A DNA stretch of 64,000 nt from Haliotis rubra (taxonomy: Eukaryota), in the NCBI RefSeq assembly GCF_003918875.1, contig NW_025767035.1, positions 3,410,001-3,474,000 of the forward strand, read 5' to 3'. Within the stretch, counting starts at the first letter, position 1, and each line of letters begins with the position of its first letter. Made by a program: the position numbers and the translations under genes. Shown piece after piece: positions 48,201-60,919 of the stretch. The notes under the pieces were generated by a model that was given only the letters and a program-made list of their open reading frames with translations, was not told the origin of the DNA and ran no database searches.

Positions 48201-50333
48201 CTTGGTCAAATCCGTATTTCAGGCAATCGATTTCTCACAGTTTGGTCGGAAGTTCTTCTCAAACCAGGGATGCGTTGTGCAGTCTCCACGGCTGTGGCAA
48301 AACGATGACGCAAGTGAGCAACCCGGATGTAGCGGTCATGGGCTTGGGTGGTAACTCTTGGACAACCGCTTCTCGGACGATCTTTGGCGGAATTGGTCTA
48401 CAGGAAACGATCCCAAAGGCAAGATATGGTGCTCTGATGAACGTTGAAATGTCGGGCAACTGCAGTCTTAGACTCCCCAGCTTCAAGGCGGCACTCAGTA
48501 GTGGCATGACGATTTCCGCTTTTCCAGGCAAAATCGAATGACGAAAATCAACACAATGTTTGGCTTTTTATAGTGATCGAATATTTCTTCAAACGCTTCT
48601 AAAACAAGGGTAACTGCCGCGTTTTGGCGCTGAAGCTGTTTTAATCACACAAAGATGACGTTTGGGCAAGAAATAGTATATTTGTATTGTGTTTGCCGTA
48701 GCTACATGAGTTCAATATTCTCAAAATTACCTATGAGTTTCTTTTTTTAAGAGTGTATTTGTTATTACATACCTTCGTAAGTGAGGACCTAAAAAGTACA
48801 TTTCAAGCTGTTACCTAGAAAGGCATGCCATGTCCGTTTGCTGAGTCCCAATAATACCAGACCGATGCCTTTGGACGTCAAGCCCCAGAGTCCTAAAGTG
48901 GTGTTCCTCATCTTCCTACACAGAGGCAGAACTGTCACCAGCATTAAACTACGAAGGAAGTTCTCCAGACCTTGGTAGTAACCCAACGTTGTCTGTGACC
49001 AGCTGAGTGGAGCTCGCCTTGTGTACAGGAGGAGGACGTCATTTTCACCTGAAACCCGCCAAGAGGTGACCTGTGATTTAGTGTGGGCACAATGCGCATA
49101 GCGGTATACTTCCTCGTATACATGCGGATGCCACTCGGTAAAATTATTGGTGTGATGAATTCAATGTGGAAGGTTAAACGAACACAAACAACAATGAAAG
49201 ACCCCTTTTGCTATGACTATATTATTTTTGTACTTGCTATTCATCGTTTTATAAGCTTTACATTAAATGCTTATTTGTTTTATCCAGATTCGTGTCGTTT
49301 TTGTAATAGTAAGGGAAGCAACTCTTGCTTGACCTTGGGTCTTGATTCAGTAGTCCGGACTATTCGCAATCCGGACGAATTTACTGAGAAACGCAACCGT
49401 CCGGATTAACGAGGCTCCACTGTATTCTACTGGTCTAAACGATAAAGATGAAGAAATATAAGCTAATCTGTACTCACACACTGCTGCGATAACTTGGAGG
49501 TTGAAGACAATGAGCAGTAAGACTATCCAGAGAGTTCTCTTCCCTTGCCTCTTCTTCATCACACAACGACCAGACTCCTTGATTGATCCAAGAATCCAAT
49601 ACTCGCAGAAGCTTTCACTCTCGAGTCTAGTTGTTCCGACCGTTAGGTTCTCCAGACGTAAGGTAAAGTATACCATTCCTAAAAAGGAACATCCACTCAT
49701 GAACGCGAAGACGAATGTGAAACTTGTATTGTCCAGCATGACTCCAGATATGAAGACACCTACAGTTCCAGCTAAGAAGATAACAGCCTCCAGGATTCCC
49801 AATCGCGTAGTTCTATTGGTGGGATTAGCAATGTGCGTCACGTAGCTGTTCACAGCCATTATCATGGCCGTGAATCCCCCACTCAGACCATTTACTGCAC
49901 CAGCGATCATCACATACTCAACTTTACTTGAAGGGTAAATTGACAGAATCAAATACACAATGGAAGACAACGTTGCCCCCACACTGGGTAAAAACAAAGG
50001 TAGTTTCCGACCCACTTTGTCACCCCAGGATCCGAGGATAAACACTACAATCAAACCTGACGGAATACGTTCTACAATGTTTTTCTTTAAGATCCAGTAG
50101 GATGTCTCAGACTGGACATAATCCTCTTCTGTTTGGTGGTCCTCTTGGAACGTCTTGTTGCGCAGGCTGGTGCAGAAAGTCTCGTTGTACTTGTCAGTGC
50201 AGGCCTTGTCATACACAAAGGCCTGGTAGGTTAAGTTTGTCAGGAAGAACGTGAGCATATAAAGAAACAGACCTGGTTCGACTGTTATGACATTCAGATC
50301 GAACTGTCGTTTGCAACATCTAATAACAGCCAT
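39292..50333 (-). CDS. SLC46-family MFS transporter, copy B, 485 aa (exons 50333-49478, 49048-48815, 41177-41094, 40474-40318, 40198-40110, 39329-39292)
   Basis: Exon lengths identical to copy A (856/234/84/157/89/38), open frame, GT-AG sites; intron 2 expanded by a Tc1 plus LINE insertion. Confidence 0.92.
40789..41061 (+). mobile_element. SINE-like retroposon, family 2, apparently full length
   Basis: 13-bp TSD CTTTACAACATGA, (ACTC)n tail; empty site visible in copy C near 59435. Confidence 0.92.
42311..45950 (-). CDS. LINE ORF2: AP endonuclease, reverse transcriptase, RNase H (frameshifted near 43400)
   Basis: IIQWNCRG, LQET, GDLNGH, SDHFP (APE); NYRPISLT, FFDLEKAYD, GVPQGSILS, FVDD (RT); FTDGSK, AEANAI, FSDS, WLPSHVGISGN (RNase H); C-terminal CxxC..H..C. 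Confidence 0.95.
45947..47210 (-). CDS. LINE ORF1, gag-like nucleic-acid-binding protein (one frameshift at the A7 run 46767-46773)
   Basis: LRNGSLLVEC, HRTLNSCRGIV, three CCHC knuckles (CFKCQRFGH, CSRCGDAH, CANCEGDH), S/T-rich tail. Confidence 0.9.
47822..47879 (-). ncRNA. Putative minimal HDV-like self-cleaving ribozyme at the LINE 5' end
   Basis: Minus strand GGCACCC-AT-GAAGGGC-C-ACC-TCCTCGT-GGT-GGGTGCT-GG-GTCACG-CTAAG-C-GCCCTTC folds by eye into P1/P2/P3/P1.1 with a G1-U wobble and a J4/2 C at 47834. Confidence 0.8.
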
Positions 50334-50569
50334 ATTTTGGACAAAATCTGAAATTACAAAATGTGATTTCTTTGTGATTAACACATACTAGGTAAAAGTC
50401 ATAATACCGCACAGAATGCATGTTTTAAAAACACATTAAGAATAAAATGTTTAAATCCAACATACCACAAAGATTGATGGAGATAAAAAACTGAGAATAC
50501 CCGTCATGAGACATGATAAGATAACAATAAGGAGAAAACCAGTAGTATAGGACCACTACCTACAGTCAA

Positions 50570-51495
50570 ATGTAAAATTTATAAATGATTTCTTAAAAGA
50601 TGACAATACATTCCTTTCTTATATAGAATTCGTAGAACTGTATGAGGTTAGAACAAATTTCCTTGAATATACAGGATTATTATCTTCATTGAAAACATAT
50701 TCAAAACAGAGTTCGTTCAAAATTAATATCAGAAAGATTTACCTTTTATTCCTCCTAATTTGGAAATACTACTCAAAGCTAAGAAAGGATGTAGCATATT
50801 TTACAAGAGGCTTCATCACAAGGAAGCTATAAACCAAAAACTGCTTTATCAAAGTAAGTGGGAAAAAGAATTCAACATAAATATCACTCTCAATCTATGG
50901 AAGACATATAATTTTATACCATTTCGAGCATCATATAGTGCTAGGCACAGATGACTTCAATACCGTATTCTCCATAGGATCCTTACAACCAATAAAGATT
51001 TATATAAATACAAACTAATAAAATCACCACTATGTACATTTTGCGATGTTGAAATAGAATCTATCATTCATTTATTATATGAATGCAAACATGTCAATAA
51101 GCTGTGGCAAGATCTACTAGACTGGATTGAAAATGAAACAGACACCCAATTGAAATTAAACGCAGAAACCATTATTCTCGGATTCAAAGAGAGAAGAAAT
51201 GACGTACTGAATTTTATTTTGATATTAACTAAAGAGTATATATGTTCTAAAAAGTTAGCAGACATTGTACATTCTCTCGCTGGTCTGAAACTAACATTGA
51301 ATTACAATTACCACTTACACAAATTTAATGCATGCTCTCACTGCAAATACGACACTTTTGTTACATTTTGGTCGTGTTGCCACAATCTATTCACATAGAT
51401 AATGACTTTGTAATTTGACCCCTATATAAAGCAACAAAAATGCTGACTTGTTAAATGTGCATGATATGCTGTACCCAGACTAAACGAAATAAAGT
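50570..51495 (+). mobile_element. 5'-truncated L1/Tx1-like LINE relic
   Basis: QYRILHRILTTN, LCTFCDVEIESIIHLLYEC with in-frame stop; same family as 12757-13312. Confidence 0.8.
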
Positions 51496-51645
51496 GATTA
51501 AATGAGAATACCCAATAGATTGTGTTTTGTTGATAAAACATACGATTGATGCATTCTTGAATGTATACGCATTGCAGTATACATTGTAGGCGTGCTTGGA
51601 ATTATAACAAAACATGTTAGACGAGGTTTACAGCCTTAATTGCAG

Positions 51646-51663
51646 AACACAGACACACACACA

Positions 51664-51697
<34 letters not shown>
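51646..51697. repeat. (AC)n microsatellite
   Basis: Interrupted CA run. Confidence 0.9.
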
Positions 51698-51701
<4 letters not shown>

Positions 51702-53184
51702 AAGAAAAGACAACCTGACGGTTGATGCAAACAGGGTAAAAGCTCCATTGTGTCTACACTTTACTAGTTTTTTTCCATCTCTTGTACCAGATTCTTCCAT
51801 TTTGGATGGTGATGTTAAGTATTGATCAATTCAACAGTTGTCTTACTATCTCAGCAGAGTTGTATTAACGATGTGAACATACACACGTGCAGTGTATATA
51901 ACACTTCATTTCGTCGTATATGTGAAGCCTAGTATTTAACTGATATTGTGCCAACAAGTACTTGTTGCCAGCAGTGAAGTATTTCCCAACAACGTGACAT
52001 ACCCGGAGTGTAAGTATGCCACCACAACGTGATACACAAGGTCATGAATAATTCGACTAATGCACAAGAACAAGGCATCAGGCTAAAAGTACTTTCATTT
52101 TTAGGCAACCTTTAGCATTTCATTGTTTCCGCTTAATTTCAACTGAAGTTCACAACATGGTGTCAACAACAATTAGTCATCACTAATATTTTATTTGTGT
52201 TGAAGTTTTTATATTCTGATGTTCTAGAGTTTGATGTAATGGAGGTATTTAGGCTAGATAAGTGGGAAAGCGCATATCTCTATCACTTCACATTACGTCG
52301 AAACAAGCGTCTGAAGGTATGTTCTCAATGGGTGTTTTCTCTTATTATCATTTTCAGTCACTGGTTGACGTAATTCAAAATGTCTTGATGCTGAAAATAA
52401 ATATGTCTGCTTTCCACCTACTTATTCACTGGTTTTACACACGGAATGTAACTGAATGTCACGATCGATACTAACAAATGGTTAAGACGAACTTGCCATG
52501 CTTTAATAACTCTCCAGAATTTGATGCGTTGCCAACTCGGTTATACAGTTGAATGTGTAGTAGCTGGCAAGAAAAATGATGAATATATCATTTTCGAGTT
52601 TGAAATGAAATATTCTCAATTGAAACAACGTAACCTTTGTTCATGCTCCACTGTCCAGTGTTATTTTCCGTCATTGAGCCTTTAAATAAAATACAGAATG
52701 CTGCGTCATGGGACACATTATGCTTCCAATTGTCCTATAAAACAGGTACAACGTATAGAAGGCAATTCCTGTGTGACTAGCTATGTTTTGTCCCATTACA
52801 GGCCGCGGCGCATTAATCAGCACCTTGAGTCTGCCATTGGTAGGCTTAATGATGGACAATCTGTTACAACAGATGCACGAGTCTTGGGTTGTCGTCGTCA
52901 GACAATAATGTAAGGATCCGTGTGCAACAGACGATGATGACGTAGAAACGTAAGAAATACTTTTCTTGTGCTATGAGTTTTGTTTTGTCTTATACACACA
53001 CACACATGTACAAGGTGCAGAACACATTTTCCGCACGTCCAGCTTCTCATTGTCCAATACACTCATGAGGTATGTACACAAGACATTTCTTGTTCGACTA
53101 GCTTCGTCTGTCTCTTACTGATTCGTTATTTGTTAGTTACTCTAAGAAATATCACACTCGCACTAGCTTGAAGGGGTAACTTAC

Positions 53185-53275
53185 CTCATCAAGCCATATG
53201 GGTGAACTGAACGGGTGGGGAAAGACACATCCACAGGTTAAGGCAACCTATGCAAAACACAACAATATAAAAGTA
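53185..53275 (-). promoter_or_regulatory. Putative non-coding first exon and TATA box of SLC46 copy B
   Basis: AG|GTAAGT donor at 53184; AGACACAT.CAC.GGTTAAGGCAA.CTA block shared with 31704-31730; upstream TTTTATAT. Confidence 0.45.
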
Positions 53276-53452
53276 CAGCAAGTCATCAAGTCATTCTGTC
53301 AATACGTGGCAGAATAAAATGATAAACGGTGATAAACCGTGTCAAGGGAGGTGTGTTTGACCTGTTTTTTTTATGACCCACTGATTTAGATATCCCGAAT
53401 CGGCCCCGGACATTCGCCTGCATCCCCAGCGTGATAAACTACAAGTTCAAAT

Positions 53453-54330
53453 ACAGGCCGCGGCGCATTAATCAGCACCTTGAGTCTGCCACTGGTAGGC
53501 TTAATGATTGACAATCTGTTACAACAGATGCACGAGCCTTGGTTTGTCGTCGTTAGACAATAATGTAAGGATCCGTGTGCAACAAACAGATACTGTTGCA
53601 TATCGTCTATGGAGTGGCGTCAGACGATGATGACGTAGAAATTTGCTCCAATCTGCACTAGCACACAGCCGCTGAGAGGTTGTCAGGACAGACCTGCAGT
53701 CTGCAGGTATCCATAGACTATTTTCCATGTACAGGACCAATCCTGAAGCAATTTTATGGTTCTCAACACTTAGAATGGTCCGCAGACATGCCAGACTCAT
53801 CCATAGGCAGAGGAACTTTACTTTAGGCTTTGCCGATGACAGGTGTGGCACCAGAGTTGGTATCATCACGCAAAGAGTTGTGTTCGTGGGGTTGACTGAT
53901 TTGGAGGGGAAGCCTAATGGTTTCGTGAGCCTTTTGTGTCTACGGTCGATCTAAACTGACTGTAGTCCATTAAAACCATAATGCAATACAGTGTTTATCA
54001 CATGTTGACCCCAGTCCTTCTTCCATTCGTGCAGCTACATGGTCCTGGACTGACATTTCAACATGACAATGCCACACCCCATACTGAAGTTCCAACACAA
54101 AACCTTCATGTAACACAGGCGTTGATACCTACGATAGCTTGCCCTTTCGCCAGACTTGAACACGACCGAACCCATTTGGAATTAACTGGGAAGACAAGTG
54201 TTACAGCAGATGAATCAACACCAGATCTTGCAAGAACTTACGGAAACACTCATTGAGAAATTGCAACGACTTCCGGTTAGAGCGCCCCCACAGGTTCTTC
54301 TGTCCATGACACGGCCGCCCAAGGAAGTTA
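53453..54330 (+). mobile_element. Tc1/mariner transposase relic; its 5' 150 bp is also duplicated at 52797-52945
   Basis: AIGRL HTH start, FQHDNATPH and SPDLN..EPIW motifs with stops and frameshifts. Confidence 0.75.
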
Positions 54331-54455
54331 CAATGGCTATTGGCCCTTCTGTTCCAACAGTTTTATATGTTTGAAGTTGGAGTTGGAGTTACATTGAACG
54401 TCAAATGACTGTCGTCCAGGAAAATCGTAGTGTCATACACTATTGCGACCGTGCC

Positions 54456-55528
54456 GGTGGGGTAGCCTAGTGGTTAAAGAACGAATAAACTTTGTTTTTT
54501 GTACACTTTTAACCATTACATATGAAGGACTTGTGGTTAGTCTTAAGCGGATCACCAAATTCATTCTTCAAAAACTTGTGGTTAATAAATACCGAGCGAT
54601 TAAAAGTTGCCAAAAAGCCGTCTGCTTCACTCTCGCCCGCCAACGAAACCACAGACAGGTTACGTAACTCACCAGAGCACTGCAGATTTTTCTAACAATG
54701 GCAAAGTGGGGTTGTTTAGTCTACGGATTCAAATACGTCAAATGTGTGTTTTTAATATCATAGCAGGAAATAGATGTCATAATTTTACATAACATGATTG
54801 AATATCGAGGTAAAAACACAGAAATAAGATCAAATTGGATCAGTCATTATACAAGCATAAGAAATCGGAAAATCCTACACAGTTGGGATACTTTATTACA
54901 ATCAGACAATAAGTAACGGGATATTTTCAAATAATGGTATCTGATGGGCATCCACCCTTCCTAATGTCCCACTGCAATTTTGACAGAATTGTCTATGAAA
55001 ACAAGTTAACTCGGAAGCTAGGCAAAGCAGGTGACAAGATTAAATGACTGTAGATTGTGAAAACATAAAACTTTCATTTTCACAACAATTGACACGATTT
55101 AAGGTTTAGACAAAACTGTAACAGGATAATCTACCTTCGAAAATGTACATGAATTCTACATAGCCCCTCGTATGTATACCTCACATTACGTCACGGACAA
55201 GCGCACCTCTGATTGGTTGAAATTTCGTTTGCGGGAGAGAATTGTGCACTGTTGTCAAAAAGGTCAATTTAAGTTAATTAAATGTCGAAATGAATGGTTT
55301 TAATGGCGGGGTTTCATCTATAACGATGCCAATAAATGATTTGTGCATTTGTACCCCACTAGCATATACATGTATGTGATCTTTAAAGCGTTCGCTCGTC
55401 ACGCTGAAGACCCTGATTCGTTCCTCACATGGGTACAATGTGTGAAGCCCATTTCTGGTGTCCCCCGCCGTGATATTGGTGGAATATTGCTAAAACCGGC
55501 GTCAAACTGAACTCACTTACTCGCTCAC
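54456..55528 (+). mobile_element. Family-1 SINE split by a 905-bp TTAA-flanked DNA element (54478-55382)
   Basis: Removing the insert and one TTAA restores TAGCCTAGTGGTTAAAGCGTTCGCTCGTCACG as in the copy at 57461-57580. Confidence 0.85.
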
Positions 55529-55544
55529 TATTGCGGACACCTAC

Positions 55545-55900
55545 ATGGCCCTGGACTGCCATTTCAACATCAGGGTGTTGTCATGGTAGTACTGGCTGAT
55601 GACACGTCCGTGAATAACACTTAAGTTGATGTTGATGCAAGTCACAGTGATCCCACCCAATACCATTACAGAGCCAGCCCAAGACACTATAGTTATCGGC
55701 ATGAAAATGCTCAATTCGTCCACGCAACATTCCGTTGCGTCTGTCAAGGAGGTCCAAAGCAAACAGTGACTCATCCTAACACACAACGTTTGCACAACGA
55801 CGATTTGTAAAGGGTTAATGTGATGGAATAACACGTGAACGTGGGGCGTGCAGGTTCCTCCTGTGTAGCCGATTACGAATCGTTTGTTCACTCACGCAAA
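55545..55900 (-). mobile_element. Tc1/mariner transposase relic
   Basis: GSVMVLGGI and DELS remnants. Confidence 0.5.
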
Positions 55901-56225
55901 CACCTGTAGCTCTGTGTGGCTCATCTTCAAATAAATTTAGGATGCACTTTGAACACGATTTTGTAACTCAGACGTTTTGGTCTGTATTCTACAATGTTTA
56001 CCTCTTAGTAACTTGCTCTCTATTACAATACTGACTAACTTGACGCTATTTCGTATACCTGATTTCTGGTTTGTTTCATATTTCCATGTTTTAAAATATA
56101 TTCCAATGTGTCAGACGTTTAATTAGTTCTATCGTTTCGTTTTACATTCCACTGGGCTTGTAAACTCATCGACCACACATTTTGGTTTAAGAAGGCACGA
56201 CATATTCAGTTGTACGAAAATATGT

Positions 56226-56830
56226 ACATAGCTGTAGGGATCTATGTTACCCATGTTACGAATTGTCTGGCTTCGTGTGTGCTGAATGAATTTGTAATAT
56301 GTGCTTGGCCACTTTCGACTAATAACTATTATTTCAGTCAGGGTCAATATTCTTCGTCAGTTGAAACAGTGAATTCCTTTGAAGTCATCCATGTCTCATG
56401 TAAAACATTTTTCTTGTACGCCTGAATCCACACGAGTGTGCCGTGGGATGCATATTGTTTGTCTTTGTGAGTTTGTTTTTTGGAGCGTGTTGCAATATAT
56501 ACAGGGTAATGTATGGCTTGATAACTATTGTACTACAATCCGATATGTACAATCTGTTGAAACCATAATACCAGCTTCAAACTGCAGCTTGGACAGCTGA
56601 CCATTACTTCTCATATACACTGGTTACAGTTTGCAGAAAATCTGCTCTGCATTCTTGTAAACCACAGCTTCACAGCAGGTGCCCTATTTCGAGCAGAGAG
56701 GGTACCTGTATGATGTCTCACGTAGTCGGTTAGTAAACTATTATACCATTTATGAAATATCAAAGGCGTTTTTTATTACAATAACTTTAATTGTGCAATA
56801 CCAATTTCACGTCATCATTTTGAAAGTATT
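56226..56830 (+). pseudogene. Decayed duplicate of GSTZ1 exon 4 and flanking intron sequence
   Basis: Collinear matches to 15338-15932: TACATAGCTGTAG, TTCGTCAGTT.AAACAGTGA, TGGTTAC..TTTGCAG acceptor, CAGGTGCC, AGTCG|GTTAGTAAAC donor, CAATACCAATTTC; the exon has a stop and indels. Confidence 0.75.
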
Positions 56831-57277
56831 CCTGTTTTGGACCAGATGAATTCTTCACATCTCATCTAAAAACTCTAAGGAATGAGTCGAGTTTGGGATT
56901 AACTGAGGGTTTGGGGGATAATGTTTGCCATTCACCTTGGCCTTAAGATAAAAATGTGTATCTAAGTTTTATGACAATTTAAATCAAATACAAACTATTA
57001 ATCCTAAACACAATATACCTGTAATTAGAAGAAATGTGGTCCCAAAATCCTAAAAGTCCAGGCCTTCCCAGACCTCCCCCTTCCCCGCCCCAACGGTTCC
57101 TGTAAAATATATAAAATTTGGTTTGTCTCCTTTATCCAGTATGTTAATACTAGAACCTGATCTATCTGGAGTATTGTGTATCTCTCGAACATATTAATTA
57201 ATATGATCCGTTTGAACTATTTGTATTATGAAGGCAAAAGATCTACATCTACCCGAGTTGTGACTAATGATTTTGTT

Positions 57278-60200
57278 TTACAAGTGAGTCGTCGCAGTGT
57301 CCACCTGAATGTCCTCTGAAACAAAAGAAACATACATACAGTTGTGTATACATGCATTTTTTCTCTGTTTTGTCCTTGTAAATAAGGCACTGACTAATTT
57401 TCTCTCGAATATATATTTGACTGTCAAGCTGGTTTTCGTGTGAACTACTCCACCACTGATGAGTCTTTGGGGTAGTCTAGTGGTTAAAGCGTTCGCTCGT
57501 CACGCCGAAGACCCGGGTTCAATTCCCCACATGGACTCAATGTGTGAAGCCCATTTCTGGTAGTAAATCTAAACTCACTCACTCCACCACTGATAACATT
57601 TTCACATACCGAGCTTTGTGCACAAAATATTCTTTAGACCAAAAGGAACATACAACTGTACTATCATTGTTTTCAGAAATGTTTTTGTTTTGTCACTGTC
57701 TAATAGTGGTGATACTAAGTGCCTGCATTCACGAAGGTTATTTGTTGTTTCGTCATAGGATGTACGTCAAGGATGCTTTCTAAGCCTGATATTGTTTACA
57801 GTGTGCTAAATAAACTAGCTACAGACATGTATGAACATTGTGATCATGTTATATTTGTCATCCAGTACATAAGGGATATGTTCATAGTATCCTCTATGTA
57901 CAAGAACATATCTTCTACGTATATGATAACCGCCCCAATATAGGACATACATATGAATATGCTGAATAACATTCATATGGCGGATTTGAAAATACGTTAT
58001 TTAGTTGAAAATCAAATGTTTCGTTTAAGCTTCGGAATTAACAAACATCCTCAATGCAGTCATTGGCATTCAGAGGCAATATTTAGATGCATATCACCGC
58101 ATGTTCTTTCTGGATATGATCAAATAATCTTTTGAGGGCATTACCAGTCAGATGGTATCCTAAGCAATACCTACTGGTACGAAAGGGTTTGAAATGGGGT
58201 CAGCATTGTCGCAGTTTCGTGATCTGGTTGATAAATGCTGCTGATATAGTTCACAAGTCAGTGGCGTACCCAGGAAAGTAATGAAGTGTAGGCACAACTG
58301 GTCGTGCGAGTGTGCGTAGAGCGAGACTTTAAGAGAGGTTTCCCCCCACCCCCGACCCCACCGACACACCAACCCAACAAAATTTTCATAAAAGGGTTGC
58401 TCCAGACAGCATTTCCTGCTATATTTTTCTGAAAAAAATTATTTCCAACTTTTCATCTAAATATGTTTTCATTGGGAACTTACTGAAACTTAACTGATAC
58501 ATCTAGTATTCTATCACATATATTATTACGTATTTAAGCAAAGACAAAATAGCTATTTCAGCAAAAGTCGTTATTCTATTTGGCTGTAAAATGTTATGTA
58601 CCAGCTCATTTACGTTTTAAAATATAAGAAAAAACATAGAAAGGGAGACTACTCTCGAAAGAAATAGATCCATAACATCCCACATGTGAAACAAATTGCC
58701 GAAAAAATTAAGTGTAGGCACGTGCCTAAAGTGTCTAATAGCAGGTACGCTACTGCAATTGATGAGAGTGAGTGACGCACAGCTGACACTGCTGACCAGT
58801 CGTAAAATCATATACACTTGGGGTGTTTTCGCAAGCTCAACAAGACGTACCTTTGCTAATGTCACCTGTGTTTACTGTCACGTTTTTGGTAATCATAGCA
58901 TCATCCAGCACCTGTCTTTTCAGAACAAAATGAAGCCACCTGAAAGTACAGATGGGCATGAACATTGCAACGTATTTAAATCTATAAAAGACATATTGCA
59001 AAACATACTTACTAATATTTTTTTATGGGATGTTTTTCGATATTCTTCATTGTGTCTAAGGACACAGTGACCACTCACAGCATAATCCCTGTAGCGACGC
59101 CACACAGACCAGCAGCCAGCATGAAGCATAAGCCAGGGAAGAAATCAAGGGTTTCTGGGTAGAGAGCATTGAAAATCACAGATGCCATCAACCCACCCAT
59201 GCCATCCACTGCAGCCGCGAGTCCAAACATGCGCCCTGTAAACAGGTGAAGAACACAATGAAAGTGGCCATGCGTATATATCTATACAACATTTTGGAGC
59301 ATATTCTTTGTATTTAAAGTACAGTAAACGTTCTGATTCAGTTTTCATTCTTTACGCTCCAAATGCCCAGTCTAATATCTATATTTTTACACGAAATCGA
59401 ATGTTCATTCAGTCATTCATTCGTAGCAGTATGATCTTTACAACATAATGTTTGGTCTTAGCCCTACCATGTTCATCCGGCCTGACCAGATTTGTCATGA
59501 TTGACCGAAGAACAGCCAGTGGAAAGCCTTGAAACATGGAAATCACTGACACTGAAATAAATGTGAAATACATTTGATGTACATGCTAAGATATGCAATC
59601 AACTTGTGAATCATATTCAACTATCTGTTATCTGTTATAATTATATACCTTTGTGATTGTGACCAAAGAAGGATGAACGGCATGTGTACATTTCAAGTAG
59701 TTGCAACTTACCTATAAAGACTTGCCATGTCCGTTTGCTGAGTCCCAATACCACCAGACCGATGAGCTTGGATCAAGCCCCAGAGTGATAAAGTGGTGTC
59801 CCTCAACTTCCTACACAGAGGAAGAACTGTGAACAGCATTAAACTACGAAGGAAGTTCTCCAGACCCTGATAGTAACCCAACGTTGTCTGTGACCAGCTG
59901 AGTGGAGCTCGTCTTGTGTACAGGAGGAGGACGTCCCCCTTCACCTGTAGCACACCAAGAGGTGACCTATGTTTTAGTGTGGGTAGAATGCATATAATGT
60001 GATACTTCCTCGTACATTCCACTGGTATAAAGTATTAAGAAATAAAGGTTAATTTGTACTCACTCACTGTTCCGATAACAAGGAAGCTGTAGACAATGAG
60101 CAGTAAGAAGATATAGAGAGTTCTTTTCCCTTCTCTTTTCTTCATCACACAACGACCAGACTCCTTGATAGATCCCAGAAACCAATACTCGCAGAAACTT

Positions 60201-60919
60201 TCACCCTCGTGTCGTGTTGTGCTGGCTGTTAGGTTCTCTAGACGTATGATAGCGTATACAAGTCCTATGACGGAGCACCCAGTTATGAAAGCGAAGACAA
60301 ATGTGAAACTCGTACTGTCCAACATCACTCCCGATATAAAGACGCCAACTGTTCCAGCTAAAAAGTTAACAGCCTCTAACAATCCTAATCGCGTAGTTCT
60401 ATTGGCGGGATCAGCAATGTGCGTCACGTAGCTGTACACTGCCATCAGCTGAGCCGAAAACCCCCCAGACAGACCATTTAATGCCGCAGCAACCATCACA
60501 TACTCCACTTTACTTGAAGGGTAAATGGACATAAGCAAGTACACAATGTAAGACAACGTTGCTCCCACACTGGGTAAAATAGCAGGTAGTTTCCGACCCA
60601 CTTTGTCACCCAAGGATCCGAGGATAAACACTACAATCAAACACGACGGAATTCGATCTACAACGTTTTTCTTTAAGATCAAGTAGGACGTTTCAGACTG
60701 GACATAATCCTCTTCTGTTCTGTGGTCCTCTTGGAACGTCTTGTTGCGCAGGCTGGTGCAGAAAGTCTCGTTGTATTTGTCAATACAGACCTTGTTATAC
60801 ACAAAGGCCTGGAAGGTTGGAAGTGACAGAAACATAGCCAGCATGTAAAGAAACAAACCGGGCTCGACTGTTATGAGATTGAGATCGAACTGCCGTCGGC
60901 AACATCTAATCACAGCCAT
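57278..60919 (-). pseudogene. SLC46-family MFS transporter, copy C (exons 60919-60064, 59944-59712, 59551-59468, 59235-59079, 58939-58851, 57315-57278); frameshifted in exon 2 (pseudogene or assembly error)
   Basis: Five exons match copies A and B in length and are open; exon 2 is 233 nt because of +1 C near 59936 and a 2-nt deletion near 59772. Confidence 0.75.
57461..57580 (+). mobile_element. tRNA-derived SINE, family 1 (internally deleted)
   Basis: 14-bp TSD ACTCCACCACTGAT; A/B boxes; ACTC tail. Confidence 0.85.

Larger units (their letters stand above)
41292..48755 (-). mobile_element. Tc1/mariner transposon (about 1.34 kb once the nested LINE is removed), decayed transposase
   Basis: TIRs CACTCTTCAAAAAAAAAGAAACGCATA / TATGAGTTTCTTTTTTTAAGAGTG with TA duplication; remnants of the HTH region, IWFSDESRF (right part), QHDNA and LPWPSRSSDL (left part). 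Confidence 0.9.
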
